Notes under the pieces: generated by a model
What the model saw: only the letters and a program-made list of their open reading frames with translations
Databases searched by the model: none
What the model was told of the DNA's origin: nothing
Translations under genes and position numbers: made by a program
Origin: Thalia democratica
Taxonomy: Eukaryota
NCBI GenBank assembly: GCA_965202585.1
Contig: OZ241826.1
Coordinates: forward strand, 27,962,001-28,026,000
Reading direction: 5' to 3'
Length of the DNA stretch: 64,000 nucleotides
In this document: positions 35,843-51,146 of the stretch, piece after piece
Position numbering within the stretch: position 1 is the stretch's first letter
How the letters are laid out: each line of letters begins with the position of its first letter

Positions 35843-37571
35843 CTATTGAACGCTAAAAACAATAAAATAAGCCGGAGTAAGGCCGATCGGCTGATGCATG
35901 AAATCCGTTCCGGTATTAAAACAGCACCCTCTAGTGTCGGAGTTGAGAAAAGTTACATTGTCCGCGCTTTTGCCATCCCTTACCACGAAGACAAACGACT
36001 GCTTTTCTACTTGTCTGTTTGTGACGCAGTGGCTCATTCCTTTTGAAAGTTCCCTGCTCAAGCTGGTGGACGCGTTGCAGTAACAAATGTGTCTGCACTC
36101 GCACTGCTCCAATAAATCCTCGTAGCTCGCAGGGTAGCCTCTCGCCAGAACCTTCGGCACCTCGTAGGACTTGACTCCCCGCAGGCAGAGCAAGCCTCCG
36201 CGCATCTTTTTGCTTTCGTCAACGGGGTTGATCCTAAAAATATTCAGGATTGTCGGGTGGCCGTTCGGGTTCATTCCAGTCATCGAACCGAGCACAAACT
36301 GATAATCTGGATCTGAAGTTTGCAGCAGCTTCGCTTTGTAGTTGGAACAGTTGTTGGTTTCCGATATGCTGCTCGTATTAAACAACAGTTGCCGCATGAA
36401 AGAGTTCACTTTGCGTTCAAAGTCAAGCTTCGCATGTTCAACTTCTGCCTGCTGATTGGCACTTATTTCTTTTTCGAGCTCAGTAACAAAAGTGTTCATA
36501 GAGCAGTCTTCGGAACTGACATGACTGTTTTCGATCAACGTGTCTTTTGGAGGATCTGAAATTTGCGGGTCGATTGTAAAATTGGTCTGATTGAGTTCGC
36601 CGTACAAAATAAGTTTCGCAAGCTCACGTGCGTTTTGTTTTACTTCGATTTCTATCAAGTATTCGAGAGTTACTAGATCGTGGTGAGCTACAATTATTCT
36701 TTCTTCGTCATCACCTACTTGAAACGTGCCCGAAAGAATTTTGTTTCCGTCGCTATCGAACTTGCAGGCTGAAGAGTTTTCGAGTTTAACTTGTTTGTTG
36801 GAATATGAGTTTCCATCGAAAACCTTTAAAACGGGCTCGTAACCAAAACTGGAGTCAAGACACGGGTATAAAGATTTTATAAACGAAGTTGAAGTTGTAT
36901 TCTTATCAAATAATAGTTCACAAGTTTTAACAGACTGACCATCTTTACACTCTCCACAAAGACAACCTGAACCTACTAGTGTCTCTTTCACTTTGCTTAC
37001 AAACAAGTACGTCAAGTCTTTGGCGTTCCCATGGTCTTTCGCGTAGTTTTGACCGTAACGATGAGCAATTTCAAAGCTATTCGTCAAATAAATGCCAGGG
37101 CCGAGTCTGCCGGAAGACGAAGGCCTTAGTCCTTCTTTTAAGATTCCCTCGACGTTCTTTCCTTTGGTGCCGTGCAGAAGCAGCAAGCTCGGACATCTGC
37201 AACATTCCACTTTTGACTTGACTCTGTAAATCCTGAGAGCGACGTTATTGTTCGAGTACTTTTTCATTTGGTTCGTTTCAGCGCTCAAACCGAGCGATCC
37301 TTTCAACAGATCGTAATCCGGATCGTCGCTTTCCAATAGTTGAAGCTCGTGCTTGGAATCCTTTGAAAGTGATTTTTTAAAAGCCGAAGTGTTGCATTTA
37401 AACAACTTTATAGCACCTTTCACCAATTGTTCTTTTATCCATTCAAAATTTTTAACCTTGTTTTCAATTTTAGTTTTAGTGTTTTGCTTTTCTTCATCGC
37501 ACAGGCGGATAGATCTGAGGACCAGGAAACTGCGTGATTGTTTGATCTAAATACTTTTCGTTTGAGTACAT
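35843..37571 (-). pseudogene. PARP-like copy 4: 5-nt deletion near codon 20, remainder open (527 aa)
   Basis: ATG at 37571 (MYSNEKYLDQ...). At ~37510 cag atc tat c cgc ctg lacks 5 nt relative to aac tat ttg cgc cgc ctg. The downstream frame 35843-37426 is open with both domains. The ORF-track start is a non-ATG codon. Confidence 0.85.
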
Positions 37572-39106
37572 GATGTATTTACTGTATAATCTGTAAAAAA
37601 GTCTAAATTTAAAAAAACAACTTTTTTTTTTTAAATTGATAATTAAAATTATTTAAATGTAGTCAAAGTAATTAAAATTAAAGTATGATTGTTTCTCAGA
37701 TTTCTTAACCAAGTAAGTAGTTAATGTTCAGACAATGCTATTCATGCATATCTGATTTCTCTATATTTTTTTATTGAAGAATAAAAAAAGGCTCAAAAGG
37801 TTTGATCTAATGAGTTAATGTGATAAAAAGCCTTTGGGTTATTGAGTCGCACACCATATGTTTTACAAGTTTTTCTGAGCAATAAATGTTAATGTTTTTT
37901 AACTTAAATATTTAAACCTTGATAAATAAAACAATAAATATAATAAATAATAAAATGAAAGGAAATTTAAGTAAGTAATACTTTTACTTAAAATATTTTT
38001 ACTTACTATGTACTCAAAAACATATCTAGCAACATAAAACTTAAATACAGTTTAAGTTTAAGCCTAAAAAAAATTCGTAGAAAATCTTTATAACATTACT
38101 ATTTAAATATTAACCTAAAATAGATGATAAAACGAATTAAACTATATTTATAGCAACCATGGAAATAATTAGAAGAGTGCTCACAACTTCTTTATAAAAG
38201 TAAAATCGTAATAAACTTAAAGTTTTTAGGTTAAGTATTATTAGTACTTTTTGCTAGAAATTACCTTTTTTTTTGATTTGACAATTAGATTAAAACCCTT
38301 AAAATAGTTACTATTTGTTTCGACATGGACAAGACGTTAAAAGGTATCCGTGGAGTGCGATTCGTTTTATTTGTTGTTTAACAAACAATATATATTTGAA
38401 TAAAAAAAATATTATATAATTTTTCAAAGAAGTTAATTCCACTATATATATAAAATTTAGTGTACGACAAATAAAAGCGCTCAAAATTTTTGGTCCTAAG
38501 ACCTGGTGCACAAAATAATTACTTGGTTTATAAACTCAACTTAACTTTTGTAGATTAAAAAATAAAAATAAATACTGTAGCATCAGACACTATGAATTTA
38601 AGGAGAAAATAAAAATCATCCGGTTAAAAATTCTTTTTAATTCAAAAATGAATTTGAAAGAAGTAGAAAATATTTAAAGACATATAAGGAAAATGTATAA
38701 ACTTTTATGTTACCTAAGAATAAAGATTAACTTATTATAAGTTTACTTTAACAGTAGTCTCAGATCACAATTTATCTGTTTAATTAACTCACTGTTAGAA
38801 GGTACATCTATAATTTAGTAACCTCTATCACAAAGTTTTTTCATGGATAGACTGGAAAAATAAAAAAATATAAGTTTATTAATATTCTGAAGTTATTTCA
38901 AAGTAGTATTTCTAAATAATTATGTAAAAAAACCCAAATAGAAAATGCTGCAACTAAGACTTAACTACTGTTATTTTAACATAATAAATCAAATTTTAAA
39001 TGACAAATACTAACAACTCCTTAAACAAAAGTAATTAGACGATGAGCAATGATCAGTTATGACCCAGTAGCCTACAAGGAGTTTTATGTATGGTTATAGT
39101 GTGTTA

Positions 39107-40456
39107 TAGGGTTGCCACAGATCAAGCTGAGAAAAATTTCCTGACTTTTCCCGACTTTTCTAAAACAAATCTTAATTTAAACGTATTCTAAAATATATAT
39201 CCTAACACTTCAAACTATAAGAAGCTTTAAATCTATTTTTTTACAGGATAAAACAAAAAATTTTTTTGACCAATTCAATCATCAAAATTCCATTACACGA
39301 CTTGAACCATCTGTGTATGATCGATGTGTTCGAATAAACAGCTCTATCACCAATATACTTGTGTTATTATCTTAAAAACACTGCATGTCTGAAAAAAGAC
39401 ACAATCTTTTTAGCTTTTTATAACATATATAATTAAGTAACAGTAAGTAAATAAATAAAAATTCAAATAATACATTTGTTGTATAAAATGTTTTCTTTTA
39501 TGATTAAGCATAATACTTTTTAGAAATAAATCTTTTTTTTCAATACTAATAACTTAAGTTATTCTACACAAAATACAAATAGATAAACTGAATTATGGCA
39601 TATACCTCTCTTATAACTTATAAAACACTTTAAATCTAAAATCATGCTAGATTTACGTTTGTGTTTATATCGAAGTTTCACTTTAAAAGTGTTCTTTGCT
39701 ACAGATCATCAATATTAAAAAGCTTACAAAAACTGCTTGTTCAATTTGTAAGCAAAAACTCAAATTTAAAAGAAGTTTTTGCAATTTTATAAAGGATATT
39801 TTATTTATTTATACCAGTAAAGGACAATGAAAACTAAACATTTTGTTAATTGCTAGAAAAATTTTGCAAGTTTTTTCTGAATTTAAATGAATTTTAATTA
39901 ATTTTTTACCACTTGAAGGCTTTGTAAAATGAAAATTTTGTAAACTTAACCTGACAAAATCTGACTTTTTTATTTTTATTAATTTTCATGATATTTCCAT
40001 ACTTTTTTTCAAGACCCCCCATTTTTCCTATTTTTCTTAATTTACTGACCTTATATCAACATTGTCAAAAGCTTTTCCAAGTTTTCCAAATTTTCACCAA
40101 TTTTTGAAAGTACACATTTTTGGGTCTATGATTAGTTTAAAGTTAAGTATAAGGTAAGAAACTGTTTTGAATACTATAAAAACATTGAAAATATACTGTT
40201 AAGCTACTTTAAATGTATTTCTTAATACAAACAAATTCTTGATGATGATAGAACCTTTTTATCTATTTGATAAATTTTTTGGCTCAAATTGAAAATTTGC
40301 TACTCTGTTATGATAAAATTGTAAAAATTCAAGGTATTTTCAGTGATTATTGTTTTAAAATTCCAGGGTTTTTTCAAAATAAATTCAAGGTTTTTTTTTG
40401 CCTAGATTTTCAAATTTACAGGTTTTACAAGGTTTCCAGGTAAAACGGCAACCCTG
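39107..40456 (-). mobile_element. Inverted copy of the CAGGGTTGCCA composite
   Basis: tagggttgccacagatcaag at 39107 and ccaggtaaaacggcaaccctg ending at 40456; colinear in reverse with 44312-45741. Confidence 0.65.
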
Positions 40457-41079
40457 ACTTATACCATTAACCACAGTATATAGACCTTATCATTAATAAA
40501 ACTAAAACCTATATTAAAAATACTTTGGGATACTTTAGATAAAATTAAGCATGTCATGAATGAACAAATTGTATACAATGAACAGAAGCAAAGAATTACA
40601 AATAAGTACAAAAATTAACAACTTTAGAAAAAAACTTTAACTGGAATAGAAAAAATGTAACTTAAATCAGATCTATAAGGAATATATTTAAAAGTGTATA
40701 TATTAAATAGAAAACTATTTTATGTATACATAAAACAATAATATTTAACAAACTTTGAATAACTAAAAAGACAAATTTATATTTCAACAAAATTTTGTAG
40801 CACTAAGGGTGTCTATAATGATCTCTACTACAACAAATGAATATTAAGATATGACTATTGAATGCTAATGCAAACTTGCATCAGTGAAACACGTGACCTT
40901 GCAAGGTTTCTCTTAAACGCTTGGATGAACAAGAGCTTTAACCTAAAACCTTTTATTAAAGTTTCACTGTTAACAAATGCAGTTTTATTTCCTGTTCTAC
41001 TTCCTCTTCTACTTTTGAAACAGAATCTTAACTCCACTTCTTCTCTGCCTTTTTGTTGGAAAATATACATCACTCTTAC

Positions 41080-41475
41080 TTTAAATAGGTATTACAACAT
41101 AGGTGAAGTTGCATTTCTAAAATGTTTATTTCATAGTATAAATGTGAACAAATGTAAATTAGTCACGAGTTCAAAATGAGCAAATCATGGTGATGTATAA
41201 ATTTAACTGAAGAAAACTCTTTTTAATTTACTGAGGGTTTGTTTTTGAAAAAATACTTTTCTGTATGCTCTTTTTTACTAACTAGATCCGAATCGGCCGG
41301 ATCTCTATTAGGATCTGGCAGGAACCGGATCCAGACTTTTTTTTTTTTTCAAAATAGAATCTGGCCGGATCCGGACTTTTTTTTCATATCAAGATCCGGC
41401 CGGATCCGGATATCAGACAAAAATGGCAATATCCGGCCGGATCCGGACCTGGATAGTAAGTCCGGTACATCACTA
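41080..41475 (-). mobile_element. GGATCCGG/TAGTGATG element, inverted copy
   Basis: Ends ...tccggtacatcacta at 41475, followed by attcgtat (reverse complement atacgaat). Confidence 0.72.
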
Positions 41476-42734
41476 ATTCGTATAAAAAGAATCTACAGAT
41501 CTTTTTTGAAAGTTTAAGGCATTACCCAAAGTACTCAAGCACCAAAAGATCTTTATAAACCAGTTCAAATGTTGTTATTTGTACAATCAAGTATACTATT
41601 TATTTTTATAGATATTAGTAATTTATATAAAATTTTATGATCAAGTAAGCTAAACATGAAAAACAAACTATATTTGTCGAGTGAAAAATGATTGTTTCAT
41701 GTAAAACAACCTTTATAGAAAATAAAAAAATTAAAAGTTTTTAATAGCCATCAAATAATGCAGAATAATAACATTTTTTTAATTTAAAGAGATAGCTTGA
41801 TGGCTATTCTACCTGGTTTCTAGAAAATTATTCAAAAAGCATGGAGTTAGAATCATTTTTATTTATAAAAAAAAAATTAATTAAGTTATAAAAAAACTAA
41901 CCAAAAAGAATTTCATTTCTAGTAATTCAAAAGATTAGGTAGCATTTTTATTATAATTTATACCAGGTTTGCCACTCACTTTGAAATACTTAGAACATTT
42001 TAAGTCCTTTTAAAATCACAGGATGACCCAGGCCACATGGGCCATAACTTAAAATATTTAAAATTTCAGACAATTTTTACTAGATTATGAATAAGAATAA
42101 AACAGTTTAGTTTTAACTTTTTGTTGTTTTAGAGCCAATTTTGTTGAAAAACCTAGTTTCTATTGATTTTGTCAAATTATAAGAACAAAAACTTAATGAT
42201 TTAGAAAAAGCAAAGTTAACCCAATACAATGTTTTTGACTTAAACAGCGGTTAGCCATCCTGGTATAACAAATAAAAAACAAAGTGCTTTTACTTATAAA
42301 ACCTTAAAAATCTCAGGATAACCAGACCATTTTAGTTTAAAAGGATCTGAAAATATTTAAAGGCAAAACCAGACAACTTTTGCTAGATTTTCAACGAGAT
42401 TTAAAACATTTAGTGTCAATACTTTGTTAATTTTAAAAAAATTTTTTGAACAGTCTATTTTTATTGTTTTGTAAAACTAAAAAAATACTTACGATAAAAA
42501 AACGAATCAAAAAAAACAACGTTTGAATTAAAAGAGTGTTGAGTGGCCTGTTACATAAGATAAATAACCTTTTTTTTTAAGTTAAAAGAAAACAAGAAAT
42601 TCTTGAAGATAGTTTTTTACATTAAAAATTGAATAGATAAATCTTTATACTATTTACATCATAATATTTCAAAATAAATTTAGGTAATTTAATAGAACAA
42701 AAATAAATTGCATGTTTTTTTAGTTTATTTAGGT

Positions 42735-43092
42735 TGACATTCGTTTTTCCAAAACTTTTCAAAATTTCTAAATTTCATCAAAAAAAAAGTACACCTTTTT
42801 GGGTCTATTTTTAGTTTAAAGCTAGTTTTAATGTAAATAGTATAAAAACATTGAAAAGATACTGCAAAACTACTTTAAATGTGTTTTTTATTGAAAAAAA
42901 AATTCTAATGATGACCACAACTTTTAATCTATATGATATATTTTTTAAGTAAAATCAAAATTATACTACTGAACATGGTAAAACTGTAAAAACTCTAGGT
43001 TTTTTAGTGTTTTTTGCTCAAACTTCTAGATTTTCTAGGATTTTTTACAAAATTTCTCAAATATCAGGTTTCCAGGTGAAGTGGCCACCCTA
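42735..43092 (-). mobile_element. Partial inverted copy of the outer CAGGGTTGCCA element
   Basis: tttccaggtgaagtggccacccta ends at 43092; internal gtacaccttttgggtctatttttagtttaaag matches the other copies. Confidence 0.55.
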
Positions 43093-44311
43093 TTTTTTAT
43101 ACAAAAATTAAATCATGTCCACCTACTTTTTGCTTATTACTGTCAGTTTATTTCAATCTAACTAGGCTAAAATTTATTATTTTAATTTGTCTCTATTTTA
43201 TGTCAATCAAATTTTCAGAAATTGATTAAAAAAAATTCAATTTTGCATGGGTCCTCTGTAAAAATAAAACACCTTTAGATACCAGACTTTAAAAACTAAT
43301 GTTTGTAAATACATCTTAATTATTCTGAGACTTATTGTCATGTCTAATGTAACCAAAATCTCTCCTGAAATTGTTCAAACCCTTTTTTTTTCTAAAAATG
43401 TTGTTCATCAACAAAATTGGCTTTAAAGAAAAAAAATATTTAAACCAAATTAACTTAACATAATTCAAAATCTAGTTAGAAATTTGTCCTGAGATTTTAT
43501 AGAAACTTATATTAACCTGATAAAAAAAAAGCTAAACTGGTTCAGACTTTGGAAAAAAAGATATCGTAAGCATATTTTTTTTTACTTTAAAAGCTTTGTA
43601 CACAGTTATGATTATTTTTCTTATTTTTAGTTAGTTGTAAAAACTATTTTTACAGTAAATTTAGTGTTAACCTTCACTGTAGGCCTTGTGTTTATAAAGG
43701 AAGGGTAGTGTTTATTTTTACACAAAAAGCAGAGGAGAAGTAGAGTGAAGATTCTCATGCAAAAATAGAAGTGGAAGTGGAACATTATAAAATATTGCAA
43801 TTGATAACTGATTAAATTAATATAAGTTTTTAAGTTAAAGCTTCTGTTCATTCAAGCGTTTAAGAGAAAGCTTGCAAGGTCAAGTGTTTTACTGATGCAA
43901 GTTTGCATTAGCATACAAAAGCCATATATTAATACTCAATTGTAGTAGAGGAGAACATTATAGACACCCTTACTGCTGCTACAACTTTGTTTAAGTAGAA
44001 ATTTGTGATTTTTGTTATTAAAAGCTTTTTTTTATATTGTTGTTTTTTATTTACAGTAGATAGTTTTCAAATAAATTTATTCATTTTAAAGCATATAAAA
44101 TATAGATTTAAATAAAATTAATTTTTTTTATTCTTGCTAAAATTGTATTCTAAAGTTGTTGATTTTTATTCATTTGTAAGTGTTTGTTTCTGTTCTTTGT
44201 ATATATATGTTTACTTATGACATGCCTTGTTTTATATACAGTAGCACTAAGTATTTTTTAATTTAGTTTTTAGCTTCCTAAATGTTTTTATCTATTTATT
44301 GTCGTATTGGT

Positions 44312-45741
44312 CAGGGTTGCCATTTTACCTGGAAACCTGGTAAATCCTTAGGCAAATAAAACCTGAAATTTGAAATATTTTGAGAAAAGTCTGTATTTTT
44401 GAACAATAATCACTGGAAAAATCGGTAATTTTAACAATTTTAACATTAATGAGTATTAAAAATTAAATTGATTCAAAAAATCTATCAAATAGATAAAAAG
44501 TTTTTGTCATCATTAAGAATTATTTTTTTATAAATAATACATTTAAAGTAGCTTTATAGTATATTTTTAGTGTTTTTTTATTATTTGACACAGTTTTTTA
44601 CCTTAAACTTAACTTTAAACTAAAAATAGACCCAAAAATGTGTACTTTACAAACTTGGACGAAATTTGGAAAAACTGGAAAAATTTTTGACAGAGTTGCT
44701 ACAAGGTCAGGAAATAACGAAAAGTCAGGAAAATTGGGGTTTTTGAAAAAAAGTCAGGAAACGTTAGGAAAATTGATAAAAATGAAACAATAGTCAGATT
44801 TTTAGATTTACAAAATTCCTCATTTTAATAATCCTTCAAATGGTAAAAGAGTTAATTAAAATGCCTTTGAAGTCAGAAAAAAATTGCAAAATTTTGCTAG
44901 TAATTATCAAAATTATTCAGATTTTGTTGTGTTTATATGGTATAAACTAATAAAATATCCTTTATATAGTTGCAAAAAATTCTTTAAACATATTGAACTA
45001 GCAGATTTTGTAACCTTTTTAATATTGATGATCTGTAGCAAGGACTCTTCCAAAGTGAAACTGTGATATTTACACATAAGATAATTTAGCATAATATTAG
45101 AATCAAAGTGTTTTTTCTTCTAGTAAATAATTGAGCTCTTTATAAATAAGCAGTTAGTTTAGTATATTATGTAACAACTCAATGTGTATACTTTACCTCT
45201 TTATAATTTTTTTATGTTTTTTAAATTTTTAAATTAAGTTATAAGAGAGATATATGCCATTATTCAGATTACTTATCTGTATTTTTTGTAGAATAACTTA
45301 AGTTTAAATACAAATAAGAGTAGATTTATTTGTTACAGATTTTATGCTAAATGGTAGGAGGAAATATTTTATACAAAGATAAATAGTTTATTTTTTTATG
45401 TATTTTATAACTGTTACTTAAGTTTATATGTTAAAAATGATAAAAAAATGTTTCTATTTTCAGACAAGCTGTGTTTGTAAGGTAATAATAACAATATTTT
45501 GCTGATAGGTCAGTTTATTGCAAACACATTACTCATACACAAATGGTTCAAGTGATCTAATGGAAGTTTGATCATTGAATTCAGCAAAAAAGAAAACTTT
45601 TGTTTTAACCTGTATTAAAATTAGATTAAAAACTTCACATAGTTTCAAGTGCCTGACTATGTATTTTAGAATAAGGTTAAATTAAGAGTTTGAGTTAGAA
45701 AAGTCAGGAAATTTTTCTCGGCTTGATCTGTGGCAACCCTG
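44312..45741 (+). mobile_element. Composite non-autonomous DNA element with CAGGGTTGCCA termini (hAT-like)
   Basis: Starts cagggttgccattttacctgg and ends gatctgtggcaaccctg. An internal second end cagagttgctacaaggtcagg at 44691 suggests nesting. No TSD was resolved. Confidence 0.65.
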
Positions 45742-48700
45742 TTTTGTAAAAAAAGAGGAAACCCTGTGTGGACGTAAAACACACTATAACCATACATACA
45801 ATTCCTTGTAGGTTACTGGATCATAAATCATGTTTGCTATTCGTATGTCTACTTTTTTTAAGGAATTAATAATATTTGTCATTTAACAACAAAAAACATT
45901 CATTCAAATCTGACGTTTTTGGTTTAAATGTAACAGTAATTAAGTCTCATTGCAGCATTAGCTCCTAATGTTTTTACTATAAGTCTTAAGTCCCTAATAA
46001 CATACTAATAATACCGTCGATATTAATTATTCAAAGAGCTAAATACTTTTTTATTTAACTTTTGAGCTTAACGTTTAAAGCCTGAATATCACTGCCTTAT
46101 TACTTTGTGATATGTCGTGTATAAAAAAACCGCTATATTTTTCATAAGTTTAATCTAAATAGCAATTTTATAAGTAACTTTACTGTGCTAATTTAACAAC
46201 ATCATTTTGTCTTATAAGCCCTATTTGTAAGATACTTTTTAAAGTTCGTTTAATTTGAGTTTTTCTAGTTTTTAAGCTAGTTTTTTTGATTTAAGAGTAT
46301 TTTAAGAATAATGACTCTTTTGAATATTTAGTCTTTTTATCATTAGTATTTTATTTTAGGACTTTAGTAAAAGTTACATGTATTACAGCTCTTGGCTCTA
46401 TGTACTACACTCTACCTACAGTGTTTATCTTATTTAAAACTCAGGCTAGTTTTGGGTTAATAAGGATGACTTTTATGTTTAAAAGAAAATTTTTTGGCAA
46501 AACTGTATTACATAACTTTGTTGTATTACAATAAATGAAGCTTTATTATATAACTAAATATCTAATTCATTCCTTTAAATGATTATAAAAACTATGACAG
46601 CCTTCATTTCAAAGTAAGTAAAGTACGTTCTTCCGAGCTTAATAAAAGTGAACCCACTTTTGACCATAATCTAATAAAATTGCCTTAGTGTTTAAAGTAA
46701 GGACGAATCTCAGTTAACAAGTTCTCTTGAAACATAATTCTGTTTGGTTGTTTGATGAAGATATAAACTGTTAGTCTTAACTATCACAATCAACAATTTA
46801 CGATAGTTGCTGAACGATAGCAAAGTAAAGATTAAAGTTTTAAGGTTTAAAAATTATTTTAGAAAAGTATTCGAAAACTTAAGTTTAGCTATATTAGTTT
46901 TCTTTTAATTCATAAAAAGTAATCATTGAACTTTAAAGAAAACAATAACAATAACAATAATATTGTTAAAAAACTTAAGTAAATGTTTTAAAAATACTTG
47001 CTTTTTATTAACAGAAAACCATTGGTTAAATTTTAATAAAATAATAAAAATAACAGTATTACTTTCTGTTAAACAGACTTGTGGTTGCCAAAGTCTCAAT
47101 TAAATAACAAATTAAGAGTAATACACCGGAATTTAAACTAAAATTATCAAACGAGATCTTTAAAAACAGATTTTTCCTATCTAGGTTCAACAACAACTGT
47201 GGTCACAAATTGCTCGCCGACCAAGGTAGTAAATTATTGACCGGGCTACCATTATGTTTAAAAAATCAAAGTTGTTTAGGAGGGTTTAAGGATGAACTTA
47301 AAAATTAATAATTCAAGTCATAAGTAATAATTGATTCTTGTTTATTTACTTTTGTTTTAGAGTTAATAATATTAGTCATTTAATATACTAAAATTTTGGT
47401 TCACAATCTGATTTCTTTGGTTACAATAACAGTGGTTAAGTCCAAGTTGTATCATTTTCTATTTGGCCAATGTTTTCATTATTTTCTAACATAACTATTT
47501 CAAATAACTTCAGAATATTTTTAACTTTTTTTTTAGTATGCCTATGCAAAAATTTAGTAATAGAGGTACTGACTGAGTTATAGATGGGTAACAGCCTATC
47601 AAACTGAACACGTGACTTTTCGAGCTTTCTCTTAAACGCTTGGATGAATAAGAATTTTAACTTAACATTTTCCATTTGTTTTAAAAATTCTAGTTAAACT
47701 TCTTGGTAATCCAAGCGTTTAAGAGAAAGCTCGCGCCATATATAAATACTCATAAGCTGGAGAGGAGATTATTCAAGCCACAGCTTGTTGCAGTAAACAT
47801 GTAATTACAGAAAAAACATTTATATTTCTTAATTATTTTTTTAATTTTTTGTTTAAGAATGTTTTTTATTCATAAATATGTTTTATAACTTTAAGTTCAA
47901 GCAGTTTTTTCTCACTCTCTAGTTAAAACTTTCTAGAAGTATAATTTTTTATTTTTTTATTTTTGCTTGAAGGTTTTAATAATATGGGAATAGTTTCTAA
48001 AATATAAGATTTTTTATATTGTACATGGTTCTTATATTTGTTAGTTTTTGCAACTTTTCTTTTCTACTATATGTTCATTCATTATCATGTTTGGTTTCAT
48101 ATAGATAGCCTTAAATATTTTTTAGTATTAGTGTTAGTGGGGAAAATATTATAATTATTTATTATGGTTTTCTAGTATAGGTTTAAAGTATACTTTACCC
48201 ATAGAATTGTCTTAAGTAACATACACAACATTTCGGTTACTTTCGGCGTCCTCCAGAAAAGAATCACCAGTCTTTTAGGTATAGTTACACCAAGACAGTA
48301 TTTTACCAAAACATGTTTTACTTGTATATTACTTTTAGTTTTAAGGTAGCATTTATCACACTTTTATATGACATATTTAATCGGTTGCCATTTTAGTTTT
48401 ATAGTGCATTTTATTTAATAATAAACGAAGACAAATCTTACAATAAAACTTGCATTTTTTTAAACATTTATGTGACTTGACTGTACTCACATCTACTTTC
48501 TGCCCTTTTAAAAAGCCCTTGAGATAAAACCATAACCAAAAAGAACTAAAACTAACAGGCAATAGAGGGTCATACTAAAAAAAAGTATCATAGTGGTATC
48601 AAATAATAAGTCACAGAAAGTTAATTACTAACTTTAAATCAACAAAGTCAAAATAAAACTGATAAATATAAGTTCAAATAATTAAAAGGATATTGACAAT

Positions 48701-51146
48701 GTATAAGTACAAATAAATTACAAAAAGTTGTGACCAATTATTATAAATGTGAGTCATATTATTATTATGTAAGGCTTTTAAACCTTTAAATTTATTAGTA
48801 ACTTAGACAGCTAAGTCCAGTAACATGCTGAACATTTTATGAGTTTGTATTACAGGATATAGGCATAACACTTAAATAGTTGTTTTTGTGTTTTTTTAAT
48901 TGTTTATCTGTTTTTCAAATGCTGCAATCTTTGTAGTAGGTAAAATTCAAACACATATTTAATATTATTTTTAAAGTTAAAGTGAAAAGTTAAAATTCAG
49001 GTAAAACCGAACGTAAAATTTCTTAGTTCTTTTATTTTCCGATATAAATTAAATGTTAAAAAAAAAAAATTTTTGAGACCAAGCTACATTTTGTATGTGC
49101 TATGTTTTAATTTGTTTATGAAGGAAGGATAGAGTTTAACTTCCAAAAAACGGCAGAGGAAGAATAGAGTGAAGTTTATTGTTCAAAAAGGAATAAGAGA
49201 AAGTGTAACAGGATATTAAACTTAGTTTGGTAACTGTCTAAATTTAATGGAAAATTTTTAGTTAAAGTTCTTGTTTATCTAATCGTTTAAGAGAAGGCTC
49301 ACTAGATTGCATGTTTTACTGATGCAAGATTATATTTTCATACTACAGCCATATATAAATATTCATCAGTTGTAGAGGAGATCATTCTAGCCACGGCTTG
49401 CAACAGTATACATGTAGTTACAGAATAGAAATTCAAGTTGTTCAATTATTTTTTTAAAGCTTTTTGCTTAAAATTGTTTTGTTCACATAAGTATTTTTTA
49501 TCATTTTAATTTTAAGCAGTTAATCATTTTCCCTATTTAAACATTCTCAAAGTGTAGTTTTTTTAAATTTAAATTGTGTTTAAAGGTTTTAGAAACATGC
49601 AAGTAGTTTCTGAATCATGATTTTTTTATATTGTACATGATTGTTAATGTTTTTGAGTCTTTGCATTTTTTCTTTAATAAAAAATAGTCCTTGGATGTCC
49701 AACCTTTAATGAATAATAAAAAATAACTTTGAGTATTACTCCATATAAGTATTAATCAGATTATAGTTATTATTTATTATACTTTATACTTAAGTACCCT
49801 AAAACCTTTCAACTGTCTTTAATAATCCTCAAATTATGTCAGGTTACAGATGTACTTTCTAACAGAGTTAATTTGATAATGAGCTTGGATTTTCTGTTTC
49901 TAGTATACGTATAATAAATTCATTAATTTTTCTGAGAAGACCTTAACTTTTTTTTATTATGTCTTCAAATATCGTTTGTTTCTATAAAGTTACACTTTTA
50001 GGCTTATAAAACTATTCAAAAAAATGTAGTATATATTTAAAACAGAATGATTTTTTCTTATTAAGTACGGATTAATACATGCTATAGTACTTGATTTTGT
50101 ATTTTTATTTATAAAAGTTAAGTTAATTTTATGGCTTATTTTACTTCTTTAAAATATTATGCAAACTATACTATATTTGCTTTGTTTAAAATAACAAAGC
50201 ATTGAAACTAAATGTTTTAAATCTCTTTGAAAATCTAGCAAGAGTTGTTTGGTTTTGCCTGCCTGAAATCTTTATATATTTCCAGTTTCTTTCAAAGTAA
50301 ACTGGCCTGGTTATCCTGAAATTTTTATAGATTTTATAAGTAAAAGCACTTTGGTTTTTCTTTAATTTAGTAGGATGGCTAAACACTGTTTTAGTCAAAA
50401 ACACTGTATTGGGTCAACTTTGCTTTTTTGAAAATCATTAAGGTTTTGTACTTATAATTTGACAAAACCAAAAGAAACTAGGTTTTTAAACAAAATAGGT
50501 TCTAAAATAACAAAAAGTTGAATCTAAACTGTTTTATTCTTATTAAAATTCTAGCAAAAATTGTCTGAAATTCTAAAATATCTTATGTTGTGGCTCATGT
50601 GGCCTGGGTCATCCTGAGATTTTCAAAGGACTTAAAATTTTCTCAGTATTTTAAAGTGAGTGGCAAACCTGGTATAAATTAAATAAAATGCTACCAAATC
50701 TTTTGCATTACTGGAAATGAAATTCTTTTTTGTTAGTTTTTTTATAACTTAATTTAATTGTTAAATGATTTTAACTCCATGCTTTTTGAATAATTTTTTA
50801 GAAACCAGGTAAAATAGCCACCAGGCTATCGCTTTAAACTAAAAAAAATTGTTATTATTCTGCATTATCTGATGGCTCTTAAAAACTTTTAATTTTTTTA
50901 TTTTCTATAAAGTTTGTTTTACATGACACAATCCTTTTTCACTCGACAAATGTAGTTTGTTTTTAAGGTTTAGCTTAGTTGATCATAAAATTTTATATCA
51001 ATTACTAAGATTTATAAAAACAAATGTATACTTGATAATACAAATAACAAAATTTGAACTGGTTTATAAAGAATTGTTGGTGCTTGAATACTTTGGGTAA
51101 TGCCTTAAACTTTCAAAAAAGATCTGTAGATGCTTTTTATACGAAC

